DNA from: Glaucostegus cemiculus
Taxonomy: Eukaryota
Assembly: GCA_976551045.1 (NCBI GenBank)
Contig: CDPCPM010000052.1
Location: 13,082,001 to 13,146,000, forward strand
Reading direction: 5' to 3'
DNA length: 64,000 bases
Made by a program: the position numbers and the translations under genes. The notes under the pieces are model-generated. The model saw only the letters and a list, made by a program, of their open reading frames with translations, was not told the origin of the DNA and did not search any database. Shown piece after piece: positions 34,481 through 61,046 of the stretch. The stretch's first letter is position 1. Every line of letters starts with the position of its first letter.

Positions 34481-35189
34481 TTCATACATGGTAAATTGTG
34501 AATCATTTCCTCTCCCCCGCCACCTGACCCCCCAAATAAAATTCCCAAATAACTAGCAACGATAACATTCTTGTTCACGCTTTGTAATTTCACAAAGTTG
34601 TAGTGTTTAGGCATCCAACTCATCAGAATATTTTAACCCCAAGAGAAAGTCTCAACAATAACAGATTAGCAGTGATGGTTATATATAGATTTGAGTGTTT
34701 GGAGGATTCGCAAATAAAATTAGACAAATATTTATAATAGGGATCTTAATACCACGTGAATACTGGTGCAGTGGTGTCTCAGCATTCCTAGGCCCCTATT
34801 TTCCACACCAAAAAAAATTCCACAGCTCCCTTCGTGTAAAGGGCATGAAGGCCAATGAAATTAGATCCACACACACACACACACAAAGCAATAATGACTG
34901 CATAATCTGAATTTAGTAATGGAGAATAAATATCGACTGGTACACCAGGGAGAACTTTCCCGATCTACTTCAAATCACACTGGGATCTTCTACATCTGCT
35001 CAAATCCACAACCATCAGGATCAAGCGCAAGGCTTTTTACACTGAAGTCATTTTGAAGATACATATGTCTGGAATGCTACTGTAGCAAGAGTTCCACCCT
35101 AAACAAGAAGTTTCAAAATTGACAGGAAACATTAAGAAAATGCAACTTGAAACAATATTTCAAAACAATACTTGAATCAGGGGCAAGGG

Positions 35190-36320
35190 GGTTAGCGAAT
35201 CAGCCAATCAACCTCTCCTGCACGGTAAGGCAGCCGCCCCTCTTGCCCGCCCGAAACAGGGAGAGGTACTGGAGCGCCATTATGTAATGGAGCCGCGACT
35301 TGGCGCCCAGAACAACCTCACTGACAGTGCAGCGTTCACTCTCCCGCCCATGTACGACGGGTGAACAACTGCGGCGAGTAAAGACAGCACAGGGGAGACG
35401 GGTGGGTCTCCAAGATCCCCAGCCAGACTCCTCCACCCCCGGGATCAAGAAACTAACCCAACTGGGATCAATTTTGTTGCCGCTACTTTAGTTTCGCTTT
35501 TTTTCAAAAAAATACACACCTCAAACACCGGGAGACTACGTCTGCGCAATGCCAGCATGCTAGGAGTTGTAGTCCTCACACACACAGCCCATACGCTTCC
35601 TGACCTCCAGGCCCTGGAGGGGAGAACTACACCTCCCATCGGGCCCCGCGCGGTCAGCGCAGGCGCAGTGTCTCGGCGGGCTCCGTATGTCGCCGCGGAG
35701 GATGCACGAAGATTAGAGGCGAGCCAGCAAGCGGCCGCTGGCTACGGCGCTGCGGAGCCGCGGGGCAGGTACCCAAGTCTCCCGTTTCTTGTATCTGCAG
35801 GACCCCCTCGCCCCGGCCTTGGGGGTTGCAGGAGGGTGAGGCAGGTCTGGAGTCGGAGCCTAGGAATAGCGGCGCTAGCTCCCGGTCGATACATTGTATC
35901 CAGGGGCCGCCGTGTAACAAAGCGCCCGCTACATTGTTTCAGCTCCAGTCCACCCGCCGCTGGCAGCGGGGCCAATGTCTCATTCCTCGCTCCGCTACAA
36001 CGTCTCCGGCTCCTGGAGATCGAGCTCCGGGAGCCGACGTCGGTAGCCAGTATCAAGGACAACCCGCGGGAGGTGGCCGTCCAGCCCGCCATCTTTTGTA
36101 GCCGCTCGGAAAAAGTGGGGAGGGGTGGTGGTGGGGAAGAAGGAAAGCGAGCACGGACGCCTCCCGCTCTCGCTGCCGGGGGTGGGGGGGGGGGAGCGGG
36201 TTTACTGTACTACCGCCCGCTTCCCAGAGAAATGGAATCCGACTGTCCGTGGCGGGCGGGAAGTGGGTGGTCGTGCAATAAATAAATGAATGATGGAGCC
36301 GGCTAGTTTGTCTCCGGGAT
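35190..36320 (+). promoter_or_regulatory. CpG-island promoter of the BET gene, with ZNF143/THAP11-type ACTACA..TCC motifs, NRF1 (GCGCAGGCGCA ~35658-35668) and YY1 (CGCCATCTT ~36087-36095)
   Basis: CpG-rich island; minus-strand ACTACAACTCCTAGCATGC at ~35555-35573, plus-strand ACTACACCTCCCA at ~35626-35638 and ACTACGTCTGCGCAATGC at ~35535-35552. Confidence 0.75.
35680..35768 (+). other. Putative non-coding exon 1 of the BET gene
   Basis: GC-rich stretch just downstream of the motif cluster ending in GCAG|GTACCC; an alternative donor GG|GTGAGG lies at ~35836. Boundaries uncertain. Confidence 0.4.
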
Positions 36321-38060
36321 TGGTTGCAAACAAACACACCTCGGTGTTTTGGGAGGAGCAGAGGCTGCTTGAAGGTTCAATGTGAGCCCGCAGCATTAAA
36401 ACAGCATGAAGCTTCTTCCCTTCTCCCACCTGATGTGATTCCCGACCAACCAGATTGGTGAATAAAGATATGGGAAGTTCCAGCAATTTTAAATGTTATT
36501 AGCCTTTTAAAGAACAAAATTCTCACCAATGATCAACTCCTTTCCACTGTTGGAGGCGTGGCACCCGCTTAATAAATAGTCCAAGTGTGAACCGTGAATC
36601 TGTTTGGTCGTGGTCCGGATCAGTGCCAATAGCAGAGTGTCTCGGAGCTGTAACTTCTCCTTTCCATTCTAGAAGTGGAGATTCCTCAATTCATTCAGAT
36701 AGGAATGGACTGAGGTTACAATCTGCAGCTCAGTTACTCCCTAATTGGAAAATATATCATTATGTATCATATTTAAAAGAAGCCCCTTTCGACCCGCCCA
36801 TTTCTCTTCAAATTGACGCTGTCTTTAACTGGATTCAACTCGACAATGTTAAGCAAAAAGTTTAAAGCATAAGCATACTTTGCTAAAATCTGTCACCATT
36901 TTAACAACAGCCCCTCTTGAATCGCTCTATTTTTGAGACTTTTTGAGTAGGAAAGCATTCAGATATTTATTGAAGTGTTCGCCAATTTGGGGTGGATGGG
37001 TGTTTGATCAGATTCATGTTAACCCTCTGACTGCTAGTCTGTATGATCCTTAAATCCAAGTCGACAAAGGGAGAGATTGCAGTCTCTGGGGAGGTTCCTT
37101 CCAAACAGCAACGGGTTTTCCTATGGAATAACCTTAAGGAATACCCTTAATGCACATTTGTAGTCCTGGTGCTGCACCAGGTCAGAGCATCTCAATCTGC
37201 AAGCAAGGTTTTGTCAACTCAGTCAAGGGATGCAAACCAAGCCCACAGCTCCAGGTTCTGTCTTAAGTCTGTAAATCAGAAGTAAAAAAGGATTTACTGC
37301 CTGAGAATTGGATAAAAGCATACACCCTCTTGACCCTGTTCTCCCAGTTGACCACTGGTTATCAGTCATCTATGGCACACACAATTTCTTTGATGCACCC
37401 CAGTTCATGTGCTTTGATATAATTATCCAGAAGTCCATCAAGCTCAGTTTTGAAATTTTCAACAATTTTTTTTTCCTGCAGGCCAGTTGAAAAATGTTGC
37501 ACATTTCCACTTCTCTATGAAGAAATGCCTCCGGATATCACCTCAAAATAACACATTGTAATTAAAAACGGGAAACACTAGAAATACTCAGAGGGTCAGG
37601 CAGCATCAGTGGAAAGACAAACAGAGTTAACATTTCAGTTTAAGGACCCTTAAGCAGCCAGTTGTAGTTATAAGATTGTGCACCCTTGTCTGGATCCCCT
37701 CCCCCAGAACAGTTTCTCCCTGTGTCCCCAGTGTTTTTTTTAAAGAAAAGTTTTCCATTCTTATATACATTTTTTTGAAACAGACTCAATTCAAAAAGCA
37801 GAAACTTTAAACTGCATAAATCTAATAATTTAGCTGATGTGCAAAAGATGTGCTTTTTGGGGTTCTGCAAAACAGAATGGGGAGCTGTGAGACTTGTCTT
37901 GCATCCCAAGAGTGAGTTGCTGACACCTTGCTTACAGATTTAGCTCTCTAAAAGCAGAGCCATGGGTTTGCAATGAATAACTCACAATTCTGTTGCGCTT
38001 GTGTGAAACCATGAACTTTGAAAGCTGTTGTTTGGAGATCACATTCCAAGGTTTTGAGTA

Positions 38061-38463
38061 CAGTAAAACTCTGATAATCTGGCAGCTGATTGAGGGTTTG
38101 ACATCAGGTTTGCTGCTAAGCCCAGAACATCAGGCGGGGTCCAGAATGCCAGCAGGGCATGTGACCAAAGCCAAGAGTCTGGACTGTGGGCTGGGTGTGC
38201 AACCAGAGTCAGGTTTAGGGTGCAGAACACCAGGATCAGGAATGCGGATACACTTGTGACGGGAGCCAGGGTCCAGAGGGCTTCTATATTTCCTGTTCCC
38301 TTTAGTCCCACCAGGACCAGGAACACTTATTATACTACTGTGTGACATCTTAAGAAACGTGAAATAAGAGTGTGCTTGGGCATCAATCGGACTAACATCC
38401 AGTAGCCTGGAGAATCTGGCATTAGCAAAGTCCCAAGAGTGCCGGATTATTGGAATTTTACTG
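38061..38463. mobile_element. Pogo/Tigger-type MITE with TIRs and TA TSD
   Basis: TA|CAGTAAAACTCTGATAATCTGGCA ... TGCCGGATTATTGGAATTTTACTG|TA. Confidence 0.75.
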
Positions 38464-38684
38464 TATTTGGTTCAGGGTTTGGTGGGGGATTTGATGAGAT
38501 TTTGAGGGGCTTGTAGCATTGATAAGTTTCTAGAGAGGAATTTGGTTTGTGTGATGTTTTGTGGTTTACTTTTGTTTCTATTATTTGCAGGGTCACAGGT
38601 AGTTTTACCGGGTTTGCACCAGTTTGAGTTTTGTTGGTAATCAACAGATGTGTGTGATTTTGTGTGTAGTTGACGGATTCTAAG

Positions 38685-38980
38685 ATATTTTTTTAGTCAC
38701 ATGTACATCGAAGCACACAGTGAAATGCATCTTTTTGCGTCACTGAGAATGTTCTGGGGGCAGCCCACAAGTGTCGCCACTCTTCCAGCACCAACATTGT
38801 GTGCCCACAACTTCCTAACCTGTATATCATTGGAATGTGGGAGGAAACGGAGCACCCGGAGGAAACCCACACAGACACATGGGCAGAACATACAAACTCC
38901 TTACAGACAACAGCAGGAATTGAACCCAGGTCACTGGTGCTGTAATAGCGTTACATTAACCGCTACATTACTGTGTCGCC
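38685..38980 (-). mobile_element. Full-length tRNA-derived SINE
   Basis: Reverse complement begins GGGCGACACAGTAATGTAGCGGTTAATGTAACGCTATTACAGCACCAGTGACCTGGGTTCAATTCC (A and B boxes); same family as 20925-21200. Confidence 0.85.
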
Positions 38981-41453
38981 CTGGTTGTCTATCGTGGGTA
39001 ACATGGTGATATTTAATACATGGTGATGGATTTTGTGGGGTATTGGATGAATGGTGATTGGCTTTTGTTGGGTATCTGCTGAGCCGTGCATATTGAAGGG
39101 TTGCGGTAGTTCCTCAGGTGTTTGGTTTGTTTGGTTTTGGATCTTTGAGTCATCAGGTTTTTGTGGGGCATTTGTGATGTGGTTATTTGACAGCGGGGAT
39201 AGTTTCTCTGTGGGTTTTGGAGAGTTTCAAGTGATGTGATAAAAGACTCTGCAGTGAAAACTGACACACATTATTACAGCCCTTTAACATAATGTTCCAT
39301 CGTTTTTACTGGTTATGATAGTAACGCCTTCAGACTAAAGTTAACACTGTATTGTTATGGTGTCATTTGTGTTGTAGATATCAATGGCTTTCACTTCAGT
39401 CCAAAATGTCAATCATTCCTTTGCCTCCACAGATGCTGCCTGACCTGCTGAGTTCCTCCAGCAGATTGCTTTTTGCTCCAGATTACAGCATCTGCCATCT
39501 CTTGTGTCTCTGGCTTTCTCTTTGTTGGATAACAGTTAGTTTTAGTACCATAAAGCCCTCTTGTTTCCTCTATTCCCAAACTCTGACAAGGGTTCCTCTT
39601 CTGTGACTGGTTTCTATTCTTATATTTCCCGATGGACTCTTGTTTTGTCATGTAGTGCAATGCCTCACTGCCCGTGAGGTCAGCACTGAGCCTGTGAAAT
39701 GCTCAGGGGTTCAGGACATCACGAAATGCACTCCTGAAATCATCTATGTTGCCCCTCTGACTCTTGACACAGTAACCAGGATTAATTGGGTGCCAAGAAA
39801 ACATTGTATCTGATGGTTAAACCCAGTGTTTATTTCTAAATTTCCTCCTTACATCAAGGAGTTATTAACCCCAGAGTCCTAATTGGGGGTTTTGTCAAGG
39901 ACTTGGATACATTATGTAATATTTAAAATACTTGTGAAATCTTGTGCTGACAAATAATTGATATGATGCATGAACGTGTCTGATGTAAAATGGGTAAAGA
40001 ATGGAATGGAATCAGCAGAGGGAAATTTATGACTGGCATTTCATTTTTTATCTTTGGGCTCTACACAGTAGTTAATTGAAAACGGCTACTACACCATTGG
40101 TTGACACCCCTTCAGCTGTGTTAGGTGCAAGCTCTGGTTTTCCCTCTTTGAAATTATTCCATCTCTTTCCTCTTTTAGGATGGTTCTTAGCTACCACTTT
40201 ACCCAAACTATCCTCATAGTTCTTCCTTTTTGCTCAGTGTCCAACTTTGGCTGCTAATCTCTGTAGTGAAACATCTTGAAATGTTTTATCACATTAACAG
40301 TGTGATTTTCAATGCAAGTTGATTCATTGGAATGCTGTCCTATTTTCTCCAACAGTGGAATATAAGTGCTGAGGCACTGCTGTGCTTTATAATGTAGTAA
40401 TGACAGCTGAGTCACAAGTTTGATTCCCTTCTGTTTGTTTACTAAAAGGACTGAATGATCCATGGGAATGAAAGAACACCATTTAGCACCCCCAAACCTT
40501 GGGACACAAACAGGCAGAAATTGTTTAGCGCTTTGTACCTGCTGTATAGAAACTGGAAAAGGCCCTTCAGCCCATCATGGAGGTACACCATCTGTACCTC
40601 AACTCTTTACACATGTTTGCTCCATCGCCATCTCCCAATAGCATCCACAGTCTCGGGGATGATCACATGTAAAAGGGAAAGATGCTGAGCAAATGATACA
40701 GAAGCTCCGTTTGTTGAAATCTTAAAGAAGATATTAAAGTACTGGTTTACCAAGGTGGTTGTAAGTTATTAAAAGTTTACGTAAGGTTTTGGGTGCCAAC
40801 AAGTAATTCAAGACTGGGGAGGGAGTAGAAGGGATATAGTAAAGTAATCTTGATGGGGGAGGGATTTTGTGAGAGGGGAAAGTCTGGTGCACTTGTGTCT
40901 TCTCATTGGAATTAAGAAGAGTAAGTTACTTGGGAAATATGGAAAGTAATTAGGGATGTATTTTTCCTGGTGATCAATGACTGAGTAATCAGGGAGCATA
41001 AAATTAAAAGACAAAGGGAGAGATTTGAAGTCCCCTTTCTGTGGGAAGCAAATTGAGAATAACTTTAAGTAGATAAATACTAAAAGAACTAAAATGTAAC
41101 ATGCTCTATGTGTACTTTCACAGAAAGGGTATAAGTGTGATAAATTAAATCTGCTGCAACACATAATGGTTCTCCAATATTTTCAGTATAGTATCGAGGA
41201 TGTGTTTTTAAGCTACTGAAATTAACTCTCTCAGCTCCATGAAGGATGGTGAGTGGCGGAGGCAGGATCCTTAAGGAGCTGGATACCAAAATGAAAGATT
41301 GAGTTCCCAAGGGATGATGGCACGATGGACTGAATGGGCTCTGTTCATCTCAAACCACATGTTCTTTTGGTCACTGGCCCCGTAGAGTGTTCGGTGTCCC
41401 CAACAGCATTCATGCAAATAGATGCTGAATGCACTTGTACACAATTCCAAGTA

Positions 41454-41677
41454 CAGGTCGTTCTGCTTTAACGTGTGTTTTCATAACACAAGTTGGTTAC
41501 AACATGATTGATGGATTAGGGAACACTATTTGCATTACGCTGGCCACATTGGTTATAGCGCAGTCGGGAAAACTTGGTTAAATCTGTACTTTGAAGATCT
41601 GTTTTGCTATGAACAACTTTCTATAATGCAAGGTTTTTCTTGGGAATATAACTGTCGTGTTATGGATGAACAACTGG
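41454..41677. mobile_element. Tigger/MER6-like MITE
   Basis: TA|CAGGTCGTTCTGCTTTAAC ... GTTATGGATGAACAACTGG|TA imperfect TIRs with internal TATAAC/GTTATA motifs. Confidence 0.55.
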
Positions 41678-42448
41678 TACTCAGTGTCAATGGAAAATTG
41701 AATCATAGCATTCAACACTCAGTTGAGTAGCAATGACCTAGCTCCTGGAGCAGCAATCCCACTTGTTTTCCCCATTCCTCCTCCTGTCCGGGGAACCAGG
41801 ACTAATTGTGGCACTCTTATCTGGGAGGCAGCAGACCTGATAATTCAGGAACTTGTGATACCGGATTGGTTTTGCTGGGTGGGAGACGTACATTCAGCCA
41901 CCAAACCAGTGGTTTCAGCCAATGACAATCTGGTTAATAGAGAAGGTTGCTGGCGGGCAATGAAATAATTACATTCAACGGAATGTTCAGCCATAGGGTG
42001 GAGGTCATGGAGAAGGGGAATGTGATAGGGAAATGGACAAGAAGGTGTGGAATGATGCCAGGTATCCAAGTTTTGACCACCTAAGAATAGATGCAGTTGG
42101 GAGACTAGATTGCATGAAAATGGCAGGGTGAATGATGGTTTCAGTAATTGGATGGAGTCTGAAGGCAGGGTGGCTTCGTACCCAGAAGAAGGGCAAATGG
42201 TATGCTCAGCTATACCCCACACACAGGTTATATTCCCACTCCATTCTGTTGACGGGTTTGGTGTTCTGTTTAACCATGAACTGAGCTTCCTATTCTCTCC
42301 GTGATTAAGACCACCTGCTTCCATCTCTGTAATGTGGTTCAGCTGCGTCCCTGCCTCAGCCGGTCTGTCACGGAAAACTCTTGTCCAAGCCCTTGTCACC
42401 TCTGGCGGTCATCATTCTGAAGCACTTGTAGCTGACTTTCCACTCCTT

Positions 42449-44285
42449 TCTTTTTACAATATTTTTATTGAATCCAAAAAAAAATACAGAGTACATGCAT
42501 CAAGAAAGAGAATAAAAGTACTACTGAATACGTTGTATTAAATCATGCTTAGATCACAATACTCTAAATTAATAATCACATATAGTAGGTAACAAAGGAA
42601 GAAAAAATTAAAATATTATATTAAAAAAATCTACTCCCACTACCAAAACCCGAAGCGGTTAGATGGAAAAACAACAAGGAAAAAGATTTAAAAATATAAC
42701 TTTGTCAGCCAATATCTGCATTTTAGGCCCCAAATCAGAAATTTTGAAAATAATTCTAAAAAGGGCCCCACAGGGTTTGAAAGTCTAGGTTAGGTTCAAA
42801 AACCGAACAGCGAATCTTCTCTAGACTCAAGCATGACATAACATCCCAGAATCAGAATCAGTTTTATTGTCACAACCATATACATACATAGTATGCATAG
42901 GAGCGAGATACCGTCCTCCTCAGGTGCTCGTCCCATTAAATAACAACCAACAGAGACACACAGACACACTTAACAAAATAAACATTAAAAAACATTAAAC
43001 ATTAAAAACTACGGAAGTTAAAATTAAATTAATACGCAGATTGAATTAAAAATGGCCGGTAAATAAATAAATAGTTATTAAAGTGAACGGGCTGGTGGCA
43101 GGCATTTAAAGTGCTGGTGCATTTCTGTGCACCTAGCATTCCTTAGTGTTAACAAGGAAGATGGAGGGATGAGAGAGTTCGCAGTTCTGATGGCTTGTGG
43201 AAAGAAGCTATTGTTCAGCCTGGTCGTTCTTGCCCTGATACATTTAAGCCTCCTCCCCGATGGCAAAATTGTAAAGAGGTGATGGGAGGGGTGAGAAGGG
43301 TCGGCCATTATGCTTTTGGTCTTCTTCACACAACGGTCCTTGTATATGTCTGCGAGGGATGGAAGCGAGACACCTATGATCCTCTCCGCAGCCTTAACTA
43401 TTCTCTGGAGGGACTTCCGCCCAGCAGCTGAGCAGCTTCCAAACCAAACAGTGATACATTGGGTTAGGATGCTCTCAATGGTCCCTCTATAGAAAGTTTT
43501 CATAACGGAGGGATGAGAGTTCGCTTTCCTCAGTCTCCGCAGGAAGTAGAGGCGCTTCTGAGCTTTCTTCGTGAGGGCCGTAATGTTAGTGGACCAGGTC
43601 AGGTCATCGGTGATGTGCACCCCCAGGAACTTGGTGCTGCGTACTTGTTCCACAGCAGACCTGTTGATGGTTAGCGGGGCGTGCACACGGTGACCCCTCC
43701 TAAAATCCACTATCATCTCCTTGGTTTTATCCACATTCAAGGAGAGGTTGTTGTCACAGCAGCACACGGCTAGTTGTTTCACCTCCTCTCTAGTCCGACT
43801 CATCGTCATCCGTGACAAGACCCACCACTGTCGTGTCATCGGCGAATTTGACAATGCGGTTGGAGCTGGATCTGGCCCCACAGTCGTGAGTCAACAAGGT
43901 GAACAGGAGCGGACTGAGCACACAACCCTGTGGGGAGCCAGTGCTCAGTGTGATGGTGCTTGAGGTGTTTTCATCAATTCTGACTGACTGCAGCCTGCAA
44001 TGCCTGTAAGCATTGAGCAAGAGTAGGTGGAGTAACTCCCTTCCATTTAAGCAATACAGCTCTCCTGGCTATAAGCGAAACAAAAGCCAGAATATGTAAA
44101 TCAGAAGCCTTCAAAGTTATATCTTTTTCTCCAACAATCCCAAATATTGCAGTCAAAGGATTAAGTTTAAAATTTATTTTGAAAAGTACAGAAAAAGTAC
44201 GAAAGACCTCTGTCCAATATTTTTTAAGACTCTGACACGTCCAAAACATGTGAATTAAGGAAGCCACTCTGTTACTGCATTTGTC
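42449..44285 (-). mobile_element. 5'-truncated L1-clade LINE with 15-bp TSD GACTTTCCACTCCTT, split by a Rex1 insertion
   Basis: TSD at 42434-42448 and 44286-44300; ORF2 C-terminus 'DKCSNRVASLIHMFWTCQSLKKYWTEVF...TLAQC' continues as 'DVMSCLSLEKIR' across the Rex1 insert. Confidence 0.85.
42848..44005 (-). mobile_element. Rex1/Babar-type non-LTR retrotransposon, 5'-truncated, RT C-half with one frameshift
   Basis: 'STGSPQGCVLSPLLFTLLTHDC..IVKFADDTTVVGL' (43790..44020) then 'NLSLNVDKTKEMIVDFRR..KFLGVHITDDLTWS..FYRGTIESILT..RLNNSFFPQAIR' (43078..43881); 3' tail (CTGATT)n. Confidence 0.9.
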
Positions 44286-45261
44286 GACTTTCCACTCCTT
44301 ATGCTCAGTCTGCACCTACTGTAAGTGCCTTTGGTGGAGATCAGAAGGGGGATAGAGCACAGGTACTGAGGTGGATTGCAGCTTCTATGCCCTGTTTTTC
44401 CAGCCCTTTCTCTTTTTTACCCCTTGTTATCCCACCTTTATTCTTTTCTGTCTTTTCCCCCTCTCTTTCATTACCTCTTTCCTGTCTTCCACATCCCTGA
44501 TACCTGATTACCTAAGCATCAGAAATTGGGGCTGATCTTGTTGTGTTGGGTGCTCTAGCTCTGGGTGAGCCTGTGCATTTTATTTTCCTTTCCTGCAATG
44601 TACTTCGGGTACTCTAGTTACTTGGTATTTCATGTCTTTTCAGTGCTTGACTCCCATCTGTGAATTGGCATGAGTTGGGTACGTGAAGTGGCCTGTGCAC
44701 AATTCTCATCACGTAACCACCTGATAGTTCCTGTTGATTGCCATGTTTTGCTGGTTGAGTGATATTTAAAACAAAACATTAACTAAGGCACGTCAGGGCT
44801 GGCTCATCAGCTTCCTTGCTGCTTTGGTCCTAGGTCTGTTTGTATGTGAGGTTCTGATTCCAAGCACCTGATGCCAGCACAGACCGAGATTACATTCAAC
44901 TAGTGGGCCAGGGAGTTGCTAATCTCTGGAGTTTACTGAGAATCATGGCAGTACCAGCCCTTGTTTGAAAGTTGGTCACTAGCTTTTGTTCCCAAACATA
45001 TCTCATCTGGGTAGAAAACACTTGCTGGAAGCAAAATAATTCACTGGATTGCAATGTGATTTGTTAATACTGTGCCTTGGGCAAGACCTCTTCACGACAC
45101 CTTCCTTTAACCCAGTGCACTTTTAATACCATGCCCTGTGCAAGCTGTTATTACAAAATTGCTTGTTCGATTACCAAAGAGCAACTTCTCACACTTGGAC
45201 ATTCTCTCATTCTAACATGGCCCTTTTACTTACAGGTTGCACCGTGGGGGAGAAGTTGGAG

Positions 45262-45324
45262 ATGGGATTTGAATCGCCTTTGGGGACCATTGAGCAAAAC
45301 ACAGAGTCCGGAGGTTGCCATTGA
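45262..45324 (+). promoter_or_regulatory. Upstream ORF ([20 protein letters not shown]) in the BET 5'UTR
   Basis: GAGATGG strong Kozak context; TGA at 45322-45324 overlaps ATG at 45324-45326. Confidence 0.55.
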
Positions 45325-45350
45325 TGTGTAACGTATTGCGGTGCCTACAG

Positions 45351-61046
<15,696 letters not shown>

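Noticed and set aside
35557-36285. 242-aa plus-strand ORF and overlapping ORFs in the BET CpG island
   Set aside because: Arg/Ala/Pro/Gly-rich with no recognisable domain; long stop-free frames are expected in GC-rich islands, and it runs through promoter motifs.
41845-42399. 184-aa minus-strand ORF in BET intron 1
   Set aside because: Non-ATG start, partly antisense to an L2 remnant, and no domain recognised.
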